Notes under the pieces: model-generated
Database searches by the model: none
What the model saw: only the letters and a program-made list of their open reading frames with translations
Told to the model about the DNA's origin: nothing
Shown here: one piece after another, positions 36,834-48,306 of the stretch
How the letters are laid out: each line of letters starts with the position of its first letter
Position numbering within the stretch: the stretch's first letter is position 1
Made by a program: the position numbers and the translations under genes
From: Chlorokybus atmophyticus
Lineage: Eukaryota; Plantae; Mesostigma and Chlorokybus algae
Direction: 5' to 3'
NCBI GenBank assembly: GCA_009103225.1
Contig: RHPI01002836.1
Span: forward strand, 234,578 to 298,577
Length of the DNA: 64,000 bases

Positions 36834-37751
36834 TGTGTTCTTGACTAAGCATTCCACTCACTCCGCGGAGCTGGCCGCGGCCTCCTGCGCCGCTGGTTGG
36901 GCGTGGCCGGTGCCGCCGGCAAAGATGTCTCAACTTTTACTGCAGTTGCACAAATGTTTACATTGTTTCATATTAAACTTCGGTCGATGGTCCGCTGGCC
37001 GGACCAGTTATTGAAGTATTGTGATGATTTTGTCCCTGGTTCGATGGCTGGACCATACCTGGTCCTGACGCAACAGTAATCGGCCGGACCTTAAGTGGTG
37101 CGTACCAAGGGACAATGGTACCATTCACGTGAAATTGCATCGACAGTCGGACCATGAATGGTCCGACTGTCGATGCAAAACAGACCATGCAAGGTCCACC
37201 GATATCATTTAGCAGGGGGAAATCCCGGTCCTGCGTCACGGACCATTCATGGTCCTTGAACGTCAATCCGTGTGATAGTAGTTCTACACTACGGTAGCTT
37301 GTGGTAGCAGAGCCTTGGGTGTCAACTGCAAGTGAAGGCAGGCACGACAAAGATGGAGGCGACCTACGACAAGGGGCAGATTGCAAAGCTGGACACCGAC
37401 AACACATGGTGCGTGGAGATGAAGGCCTTGCTCATCCATAAGAAGGTGTGGAAGTATGTTGATCGGAAGGCACCACCACCAACACCAGGAGCGAATACTG
37501 TGTGGTCAGAGCATTCAGCAGAAGTACACTCTTTGCTTGTGTTGAATTGCAAACCGCATCACTTTCCCATGCTCACTGCATGTGAAGATGGTAGACAAGC
37601 TTGGGAAAAGCTATCAGCCTTTTCAGAGCCAAGAACAATGCCAGAAAGTTGCAGCTACGCAAGTAGCTGAGCGCACTCAGGAAGGAGGCAGCAGAACCCA
37701 TCACAAAGTATGTTGCACACGCGAGAGAGCTGTGGGCGGACCTTGTGAACC

Positions 37752-40270
37752 ATGCCTGGTTGCAAAGCAGCATGCTATGCCATTCCCATCATCCTCTTCA
37801 AGCAGTCAGCATCCTTGAAGCTTGCGCACATGGATGTCTGTGGCCCTATGCGCATTGTGACAAAGGGAGGGGCCAGGTACTTTGCTACATTCCTCGACGA
37901 CTATAGCAAGCTGTCCATCATCTTTCCATTGACGCTCAAGTCAGAAGTTGCTGGAGCTGTGCGCACAGTTGTGGCCTTGTTGGAGACGCAGCCTAGCAAC
38001 AAGATGAAGGCAATGAGGAGTGATCGAGGAGGGGAGTACATTAACAAGGAGTTGAAGGAGTTCTTCGCCAGCAAGGGCATACGCCACGAGACAACGGCAC
38101 CCTACACCCCGCAGCAGAATGGAGCAGCTGAACGCCTTAACAGGACACTCTTTGAGCGTGTTCGAGCCATGCTCAACGACACAAAGATGGAAGACAGTTT
38201 GTGGAAGGAGGCGGTACTCACTGCCAACTATATCCGCAACAGGTCTCCGGTGCGCTCAGAGCAAAAGACTGCGTGGGAGCACTTCTATGGAGCCACACCC
38301 GATATGAGTGGTATGCGTGTGTTTGGATGCACGGCATCTGCACTAGTGCATAAACAGCTCAGACACAAGCTGGAGCCCGTCAGCAAGAAGGGCATCTTCG
38401 TTGGCTATGAACCGGGTTCCAAGGCTTACAGAATCTTGCTCGAAGACACTCAGAAGATTATCGTGAGAGGTGGTTTTCCATGAGGGATTATCACAACCAG
38501 AAGCAGGCTTCTTTCCGGGAGATGACGATGAAGTACAGCCACAAGAGCATCCTAAGACAGTGGAGGCTGAGGGCGAGGCAGTCATCAACAACAAGGGTGA
38601 GCGAGACTCAGTTGTAGCAGGCCAGAAGGAGCCGCACCTGCAGCAGGAGCACGCAGCTCGCAGATACCCAGTGAGGGAGAGAAAGGCACCTGACTTCTTA
38701 CACAAGGCACACGTCGCCAGTGTGCAGAATGAGGAGCCAAGCACCTACGAGGAGGCATTCTCAGCACCAGATGCGGAGCAATGGCAGCGTGCTATGGACG
38801 AGGAGACTGCGTCACTCCATGCCAACAACACTTGGTCACTGGAGCAGTTACCGCAAGGAGTGAAGACCATTCCAGTGAAATGGGTCTTCAAGGTGAAGCG
38901 TGATGGTCAGGGCAACATTGAGCGCTACAAGGCAAGACTGGTGGCAAAGGGCTTCTTGCAGCAGGAAGGTGTGGACTTCAACGAAGTGTTTGCACCTGCA
39001 AGTAAGCATACCACCTTCCGTGCACTGCTAGCTATGGTTGCTGCTGAAGACCTAGAGCTGCATCACCTCGACGTGAAGACTGCCTTCCTCTACGGAGAGC
39101 TGGAGGAGGAGATCTTCATCGAGCAACCACCTGGATATGACGAAGGGGAGAGCGGCACAGCGTGCAAGCTGATCAAGGCACTGTACGGGCTGCGACAGGC
39201 ACCGCGTATGTGGCACATCAAGCTTACCAAGGAGCTGGAGGCACTTGGCTTCACCGCATCCTCTGCAGACCCTGGGCTCTTCATCCATGCGACAAGACAA
39301 CAAGGTCTGGCTGCTCGTGTATGTTAATGACATCATCATCACCGCCAGGCAGGTACACCACCTGCAAGAGACGAAACTTGCTCTACAGCAAGCATTCTCA
39401 GTCCGTGATCTTGGAGAGGCCAAGTGGTTCCTTGGCATGGTGATTGAGCGCGACAGGGCTGCTCGCACAATCAAGATCAGTCAGGAGCAGATGGTGAGCA
39501 GAGTCGTCACCAAGTTCGGGCTCACTGAAGCGAAGACCAAGACCACACCGTTGGCACTTGGCACTGCCCTTATCAAGGCAAAGGATGAGGAGGTACTCGA
39601 CAAGGCTCAGTTTCCATATGGTGAGCTGGTAGGCAGCATGCTCTATGTGGCAGTGTGCACACGTCCCGATGTTGCACATGCTGTGGGAGTACTTGCTCCC
39701 TACATGTCTGCACCGAGCATGGAGCACTGGACAGCAGCAAAGGGAGTACTACGCTATGTTGCTGGGAGCGCAACAGTTGGCATCAAGTTTGGGAGCGGGA
39801 GCATTGAGTTGGAGGGCTACTGCGACTCGGACTTTGCTGGTGAACTTAACAGCAGGAGGTTCACTACAGGCTACGTCTTCAAGCTGAACGGAGGCGTGGT
39901 GAGCTGGAACAGCAGGCTGCAGCCAACAACAGCAGCATCTACATCAGAGGCTGAGTACATGGCAGCGGCAGCAGCAGTGAAGGAGGCACTCTGGCTTCGC
40001 AAGCTCATGGCAGACTTGGAGCACCCCATGGCGTGCATCGTCATCAACTGTGACAACCAAGGAGCCATCAAGTTGTTGAAGCACCCTATCGCCTCGGCAA
40101 GGACGAAGCACATTGATGTCATGCATCACTTTGTGCGTGACAGAGTCACAAGGAAGGAGGTGGAGTTCCAGTACTGCAACACTGAGGGCATGCTGGCGGA
40201 CTTCATGACAAAGCCATTGTCACCACTCAAGTTCAAGACTTGTTGTGCAGGACTTGGCATCTGTGTTTGA
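37752..40270 (+). pseudogene. pol: Copia beta-1 integrase, RT and RNase H (frameshifted)
   Basis: HMDVCGP, RSDRGGEY, PQQNGAAER, KARLVAKG, LDVKTAFL, YVND (altered), YCDSDFAG, KHIDV. Confidence 0.92.
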
Positions 40271-41215
40271 CTACAGGAGCAAGCGTTGGAGGTCAAGCTG
40301 CTCGCGTGGGAGTGTTGAGAGTATTCCTACATATGATCAGCATCGACCCTCCACACAGAAGTGGAAGGTCGTAAGGACGAGCACTAGGTCCGGACTTAGC
40401 AAGATGGCGTCGTCGGACCAGACTCCGGACTGGAGCCTTATTAACTGCTTCATATCTCCGCGTATACTTACTCATATTAGACGTGTAAGAGCTTGTTGGA
40501 AAGCTCTGGTTGTAAGAAAGACAATGCAGCTTAGAGCGCGTCAAAAGGCTGAGTATAGCTTACGCAGTGCTTGCAAACGTAGACGTGTGTGTAACTGGCT
40601 GGTATAAGAACCAGCGGACAACTTGTAATATATGAATGTGATGTGACTTGTGTATGCTCTGGTGACGGTAGCTCTGTCTTTGTGTGTCTATGCTTGCCTC
40701 AGCTACATGTGCATGCTAGTCCTTCAACAAGGCATTCATGAGAAGAAGCAGGAGAGTGGAGAGACTGTTGCATTTGCTGCAAGGTCTGAGACTTCCTTAT
40801 CTTCCCGAGGCCGTGGGAGAGGAAGAGGCAAGGGCAAGTTTGAAGGTGTGAGTCGAGAAGAATGGCTGAAGACAGTGGAGTGTCATCATTGTTGCGCATA
40901 GGCATGGCTGGAGCTTAGTGTCCAGTCTGATATGCACTTGTATTAGGAGACATTAGCACTATGTGTGCACTGCATGAGTTCATGCAGTGCCAGCATATCA
41001 TGTGCTGTAGATATCAGCCTTGGGGTAGCACACGGATTGACGTTCGGGGAGCATGTATGGTCCTTCCACGGACCCCGCAGGCCATACATGGTCCGTGCCC
41101 CGAGGACCACGAGTGCCTGGTCCCCGGGGGACGGACCGTCCATGGTCCTTTCGGGGCCCCGATACCTGGCGCGCAGTCGCGCACCATACATGATTCGCGG
41201 CCGGACCAGGTGATA

Positions 41216-41683
41216 CAGTCTACCCCCGCTAAGAGACTTCGCTCCAAGAGAATAACCCCGCTTATAGCATAGAATGTGAGATTACCAATGGTTTTACAGG
41301 CGAATGTTGGTGCCAAAGAGAATATGACCAACCGCGAAGAGCATATATTTTTTCATGAAATTCTTGCAAGTTTGAGTGTGCATATTCCCAACATCGAGGG
41401 AGGAGACGTGACGGGTGTGGCATAAGGCGTGATGAGCGTGACGATCAGGGCATGATGGGCAAGGTGTGACGCGCAACCAGCGTGATGCGTGTAATGGCGC
41501 GACGGGCGTAACCTGATGCGCGTGACGTAATGAGCGTAACGGGCGTGATGAAACCGTGTTTATAGCATATTTATGCTCTTGACATCTAAGAGCATATTAT
41601 TCTCTTAAAAGCAAAAAGCATAACCTCGCCAAGAGCATACGATTGCTGGGGACAAACAGTATGCTCTTAGCGTTGGTTGACTG
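41216..41683. mobile_element. Second Tc1/mariner-type MITE (imperfect TIRs, TA TSD)
   Basis: TA-CAGTCTACCCCCGCTAAGAG ... CTCTTAGCGTTGGTTGACTG-TA, with an internal GCGTGA(C/T) minisatellite. Confidence 0.7.
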
Positions 41684-41826
41684 TATACTGGTCCGATATG
41701 CCGTGAAAGTCCGGACTATGAATGGTTCGCAACCGGACCAGGCATTTCCCCGGTCCGACTGTCAATGGGTCTCCGGACCATGCATGGTCCGGACTACATC
41801 AATGCTTGACCATATATGTTCCGGTA

Positions 41827-42250
41827 CAGTCTAACCTCGATAAGTGCATATTCGATTAGTGCATATCCGCGTGTAGTGCATAAATTTGGCCATCACCGAC
41901 GTCTTCAGGGGGAAAACCTGTGCGTTAAGAGCATATGCATTTATCAATAAGTGCATACCTTGAGATGCCTAACCTTTGGTGTGTCTATGCCCTTATCAAG
42001 GTGAATTACGCCTAAGTTACAGACAGTTTATGATTACAGTGTATCATAGTTACGGTCGTACACATTACAACGTAACTCAGGATTAGGTTTACTCCATCAG
42101 TGCATAGGTTACGCATTTATGCCAAGCCTAAGTGCATAATAAATGCACTTACAGCGGGTGCATAATTTATGCACTTAATGAGGATGCATAAACGCGATAA
42201 GTGCATACATAAGCCCGTTCCCGATGGTATGCACTATCGAGGTTAGACTG
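41827..42250. mobile_element. Tc1/mariner-type MITE, inverted copy of 35163-35578
   Basis: Same TIRs, TA on both sides, different flanking sequence. Confidence 0.88.
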
Positions 42251-44102
42251 TAGATAACATCCAAGTGGCTGGTCCGAACCGGAATCATGGGGCGGACCAT
42301 TGCTGGTGCACGCTGAGCTTATCGGTCACTGTTGACAAGCAGCACGCACCGTGCATGGGCTGCGGCTCATAAAAGCTCATACAGGTCCACATTTTCGTAA
42401 GATTGCGGACCATTCATGGTCTTTAACCCAACTAGGCTCTTCCTAATCCGATTATCCGCGGGTAGGGACCATGCATGGTCGGTACCCCATGATTGCTGAA
42501 CCATGCATGGTTCGAGGTTGGTCCTCAAGTAAATGATTCCGGTTCGGCATATTATGTAATTACATGGAGTGAAGACTGGGCAGTCGCACCATGCATGGGC
42601 CACTACTGGCCACTACCGGCGCGACGGATGAAAAAAGAATGACCTGCAAATTATGGCAGCGGAGGATGTGCTCATTGACCCCGTTAGTGCATGCATTCAG
42701 ACAAGTGAATGCGTTGACAGGGCCAACCAGCACATCCCTCCCACTGCCATAAGATAGTGTATTTGGTATGTTCTCGTATATGATACACGTCATAGCTGAG
42801 ATTGCGCGGACGCTGGGATTCAAGACGTAGCCCAGCCTCTCATCTGACCGTTGATTCAAGCGTATTGAACGGTCGGCATATTCAGTAATTACATGGAGTG
42901 AAGACTTGACAGTCGCACCGTGCATGGTGCGACTGTCGAGTCACGTGCATGGCCAACAATAGGGTTCCTACCTACATGGTCTGCGTAACAGGGTTGCGCT
43001 CAGAGAGGGAGCAGCGGCGCTCTGGTTGGTGGCGGCGGCCTCGTTGGCGGTGTCTTTGCTGGCAGAATCTAGCTGTACCAATGGCCAATAAAAAGGCTGT
43101 CCGCTTCGCTAAGGACAGTTAGTACTAAGTTGGGAATCAACTTGCAACCAACCAGTAAGAGGAACACCTTTCGTAGGAACAACCGCCTTCGCAGCCAATA
43201 GAGTTCCCTACCCTTACCGGAGCAGGCTGATGTCGTCCAGCACCATGTGGTTAATGACCAGCCCATTGAGGCTGTCAACCCTCAGCCCGCCCATGAAAAT
43301 CCGGCCATGCTCGGGCAGCATAGCGACATCAGCTAGCAGCATGAGCAGTAAGTTGACCACGCTGTTGTACCTGGCGTACTGCTCTTCATTGAGTATACAT
43401 GACAGTATGCATGCCACTAACAATAGGAATGCTGTACATAAACAGCCTTCACCATGCTAAGAGACTGTCGATAAACTTAGTGCACTTGCTGCCTTGCTGT
43501 GATCTCCACTGTCAGCCGATGGTGCCATTGCATGTGGTGTGTCACTGACTGCAAGATTGCTTCAGGCATCCCGTGCTTGGACAGCCGACTGTTGATTTGG
43601 CCGGCACCAGCAATGAAGCGGCAGCTACACTTCACGAAAGGGAACAGTCAGGTGGACAGCCGACTTGCGATGTTGCCAGCACCAGCAGTGCCGCGAAAGC
43701 TCCACTTCAACATCAGGCTAATCCATAGCCGACTGTCAACATGCCCAGCTCCAGCAGCGCCGCAGCTGCTTCACTTCAGCATCAGTCGGATCAACAGCCG
43801 ACTGTTGACATGCCAATCGAAGACATGTTTGAGCCTCTTGGTAGCGATGATGATTATTCAGAACAGTAAGAAGTGTCCTACACAATTTGCTCTTGCCCGA
43901 GGTGCCATGGCAAGGTGAGCAATCAACTTGTTGCGCGCACAATTGTCGTACTGTAGCTGTCCATGTCTGGGAATGCTGCATGCCTGCGACTGTCCGTAGC
44001 GCCACCATGCGCGTCCGTAGCCCACCATGCGCGCACTTTCAGCATTGCCATCCATGCTACCTACATTGACAGTCGTATGTTGCGATTGGGCAGTGGGTTG
44101 AG

Positions 44103-47100
44103 TTGGAGACTTCATTGGCTCACATGCGACTGGACGAGGCAGCGCAAGAAAGTATGCACCCACCGCCAATGCCTTCAGCGCAATGTGATGCACCTCAACC
44201 CGGCATTTCTTGTCAACAACAGTCCTCGGAAACACCCACGCAAAAAATGCTGGACAAGTTCATGTCGTTGCTGACAGACTTGGAGGACTCTCATGCACAG
44301 CAATCACTGATCAACAACGTGCTGAAGACTGTTTTTGGTGCCGAAGACTCCACTGTACAGCTGGCCAAGGATCCCGCCTACGACCACAGTCAGCTCCGTA
44401 CTAATCTCCATGCCTTGCTCGGCCAGCGCAACCCCTCCGAGCCGGCTGACATCACGGCCGTCGATGCATTGCTAACTTCCATCGGAATGCCAGAGTCACA
44501 GCGATATACAGCATGCACACGATGCAATTATCTCTTTCCAGATGCCTATCCATCAGGCTACGGTGACTGCGAGGACAGCTGCCAAGACGACAGTCGCCAC
44601 AAGATTCTGAAACGCTTGTGGGAACAGCCGTGCGGAGGCGAATGCGGGCGCACGCGCAAGGAGTATATAGATTTTTTGTACACGCCCATTGGTCCAAGAC
44701 TCGGTCCGTGGCTGCAATGTCCTTCGATCGCACATGACAACCTTGCTGCTTGGCGAGACAAAGACACCTGGTTCAACGTGCCAGCAAACCATCCCCCAGC
44801 TCCTCAATGGGAAGCTTGGCATGGCAGCAAGTGGAGAGAATTGACTGCTTTTTGGGACTGCACGAAGACCATCCCTCTGCCAAACAAATGCGACTGTGGA
44901 CGCTACAATTGTGACATTGACATGTCGCAGCACAGCGATGGTTATCAGAAATGGCATTGCGAGTGCTCCTATGAGCATGAAGAGGCTGCGCAGCAGTGTA
45001 CTGGAGACCCACGCAACATAAGGCTCATGCTGCACAGTGATGGTTTCAGCTGCGCATCCACTACAAAGCGGAGCACCCTTGTCATCAACGTCGTTGTCCT
45101 CAATGGAGGCAAGCGCGTCAGCTCACAGGCGTCTTCCATCATGCCAGTAGTATTTGTCCCAGTTGACGAGCTACTCGACGCGGACAAGGACTGTCTGAAC
45201 CCGTTCATGAAGCCCATGGTGGATGAGTTGGAGGATTTGTACGCCATGGGCTTCCCCGCGCACTACGGTTTGGACTTCAGCCAGGTGGACATCAAGCTCC
45301 CTCATCGATTGGCTGGTACGCTCGCATGCATCTGTTTAGCAGTGCCACGCGCACGCAGCTGTTCTTGCGACTGTCATATGTATGGAATGCATTGCTATGC
45401 TTGTTTAAGCTCAGGACTGTCTTTGCGCTGTCAACTGCGACTGTCAATCTTATGCACTCCACTTCTATGCTTGTATGAGTTCGCTTGAGCAAGGCTGTCC
45501 ATGCGACTGTCAAGTCAGTGTGTCAAGTCTGCGTGTTGCTTCATTGGCTTACACATGCAGTTTGTGCGCCTGCCCATGTCCGACAGTCCATTCCAGATCC
45601 CATGTCCGACAGTCCATATCGACAGTCGCGGCTGTGTCCCGTGCATAGTCGCGTACGCGCGCTGCTGCGCACGAAGCAATGAGTCCTGATGCCTCCAATG
45701 GTTTGCAGGTGATAAGATTTTCCTGAGAGCCATGGTCATGAACATTGCCGGTGACAATCTAGCCCAAAGCGAGATGGGGCAATTTAAGAATGGCGGTTTA
45801 TGCGGTTGCAGGGCTTGTTGCCTGCTGGCAACTCATATCTGGCACTCTACTGTCACCAAAAAAGTCGCTCAAGATCCCAGCACTGGCAACGATGTTGTTG
45901 AAGAAACTCGGAGCAACAGGACCGACTTCCACTATGCTAGCAGCCGCTACCACAGTCGCCATCCATTTGCCAAAAGAACTGCAGAGGCCACATACCAACT
46001 GGCCGATGAAGTTGAAAGCACAGAAGATCCCAATCGCAAGAAAGAAAAGGCCAACAAGTATGGCGTCAACGGGCTGTCGCCTTTGTGGAGGCTTTGGCGG
46101 ATGTACAAGTTTGACCCATGTCAGGACACTTGGTCTTTGATACCATGCACACGCTAGCCGAAGGACTGGCCAAGAGCTTGACAGCCTGCACTCTGATGGA
46201 TGGTGGGGACGAGCAGGTCAGCAAAGCTGACATCGATTTTCGGTGTCCGTGATGAGAAGAGCAAGACCAAGAGAGGTGAAGAATGGTAATCGCTGGCCAC
46301 ATGGCCTCAGCAGTCGCCTTGGATGGTGGAAGGCGCAGGAGCACCAGTTCTTCGTGCAATTTGGTGTGCCCTATGTTTTTCACAAGCTGCTCAGCGAAGA
46401 AAGGAGAGATCTCGTCATGTGTCTCCACATGATCTTCCGCTTATTCTTTAACATCTCACGGCGCTTTGGTTGGGATTCAGACCGCCTGGAGCTCGCGGAT
46501 GCATTGCTCAGATAATGGAAGGTCAACAGCGAGATCTGCTTTGGCACCAATAAAAAGATTTTAGAGCACATTGCTAGAACTTGCCACCTGCTTGACAACA
46601 TCCGTAGACACGGCAGCCATGACGTGTTCTGGTGCTACGCCACTGAGCGCGCTGTGAAGCTGTATATCAACACCCCGTCCAACTGCAAGGATTACGAGAT
46701 CAGCTTTATGAAACATTCTGTCAGGAGATGGTTTGTGCGACTATTTGGCGTCATGCGTGACGATCAGCGTTTAGGCCTGCTGCTCTGCCATAGAGTTGGC
46801 AACGTACTGTCTACAATCTGCAAAACAGAATTCAGCGGGTCCACCTGGTATGAGGTCGCCACAATCAAGCACGCAGAGGATATTTGGGCGCTTGTGGAAG
46901 CATACCCCACCCTGGCACACTCCAGGCGCATCAAAGAACAAGGCATAGTGATTGGGCGAGGCAACACTCATTACGTCGCGAGCGACGGCTTGGTCGAGAG
47001 CATCTGTACACAAGAGAACATTGCCATTGGCACCTCGACACGGCGGACAATGCGCGATTACAAAGCCTACATGAGGGACGGCCTGGTATACAGGTGTGCT

Positions 47101-48066
47101 TTATATCTTGATTATGAATGCAGCACAGTTGTTATCGACAGTCCCACCAACGACTGTCACACAAACTGTCACTGGTGCGACTGTCCGTTATAGGATCTCA
47201 ATCTCTGATATATGCAGTCCCAGCATTGACAGCCGCGCAGACTGTCAATGCTGAGACTGTCAAACAGCGAGTGACAGACATTCTCTCTCTCTCTCACACA
47301 CAGGCGCAACTGCAAAGATGCTGTGATGCTGGATGGAAACAGGCCAGCCATCGTCAACAAAATCTTCATGTTCTTTAACACCGAGTACCATGTGTACATT
47401 GCTGTCAACCGCTACAGCCTGCAAAAAGATGCTGCTGGAAATCAATGCATGGATGCAGACTCCGGTGCCTTGCATGTGGGGCGTTTGGAAAACACCAACA
47501 TTCTTGTCCGAGGCCACCAGCTGCTGCGCAAAGCGTGGATGCTGACGGAGAGACCAAGGCTGCTCCCCTACATGCTGGCTTACGATTTCAGCAACCCAGA
47601 GCTGCGATTGCGAGCAGCTGATATACCTCTGCCAGTATGGCCTGAAACCGGGGATGTGCTGCTTGTGAGACATGAGGATGAGAAGAAGTCGGTCTTTGAC
47701 TTTCGCGTGCCAACTGACCCACCAGCACCTGTATCTAATGATCCTCCGCCATGGATTGTTATTGTTCGACAGCCTCAAGTTGACGATGAAGGCAATATGT
47801 TGGTTGACCTGAAGCCTGCTCTTAGATCAGCGAGTGCTCGCCAAGGCCTACCGCGGTGGGTGGTCAATAAGGACTGTCGCAACCAGAAGGTGTCACCCAT
47901 TGCGGTCAAGAGGAAGCTCAACTGGCAGCAAGTTGATCAAGGCAGATGGCAAGAGCAGCCGACAACTGAGGTTGTGCGTATGTTTTACGACAGGCACATC
48001 ATGTACTACAAAGCAGGCGAGGCTGAGGCAGGTACGCAACACTTGTCTCATCAGTGTTGTTCCTGA
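44103..48066 (+). pseudogene. CACTA/EnSpm (Transposase_21-like) transposase with introns, disrupted
   Basis: GDPRNIRLMLHSDGF, NPFMKPMVDELEDL, IAGDNLAQ..CGCRAC, KYGVNGLSPLW, VFDTMH (after a 2-bp insertion at ~46125), KAQE, HLLDNIRRHG..FWCYATER. Introns ~45316-45709 and ~47094-47302. Frameshifts at ~46125 and ~46235; TAA at 46513. Confidence 0.85.
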
Positions 48067-48306
48067 CAGTCTCATGGACAGTCGGCTGTCCATAGGACTG
48101 TCAGGTAACAACACTATCAGTGTGTGTTTTTGGCACAAGGCATTACACAAGGCATTACGAAGCGCATTGGTTAGTGTGAGTAACACACTTGTACATTTCA
48201 CGTATTATGTACACAAGGAAGGGTCAAGCGTACCAGCAGATCTACTTGCAACGCGCAAAGGCCAACTGCTAGGCAACTTACACTAAAGCTATAAACCAGG
48301 GAAACA

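Larger units (their letters stand above)
34810..37274. mobile_element. Non-autonomous CACTA-like element A (same TIRs as element B)
   Basis: CACACGGATTGACGTTC at 34810 and GAACGTCAATCCGTGTG ending at 37274. About 170 bp at each end matches element B. The empty site is visible in beta-2 at ~61741-61760. Confidence 0.9.
34337..40729 (+). mobile_element. Copia beta-1 (about 1-kb gag-to-pre-integrase deletion; CACTA-like element A inserted in leader)
   Basis: LTRs 34337-34759 and 40313-40729, PBS GGTTATGGGCCCA. Integrase 37752-38483; RT/RNase H 38470-40270. Flanks GTGTG and AGGCA do not match. Confidence 0.9.

Noticed and set aside
43069-43423. Small minus-strand ORF pair in element B
   Set aside because: Short, frame-split, and without any motif or homolog in the window.
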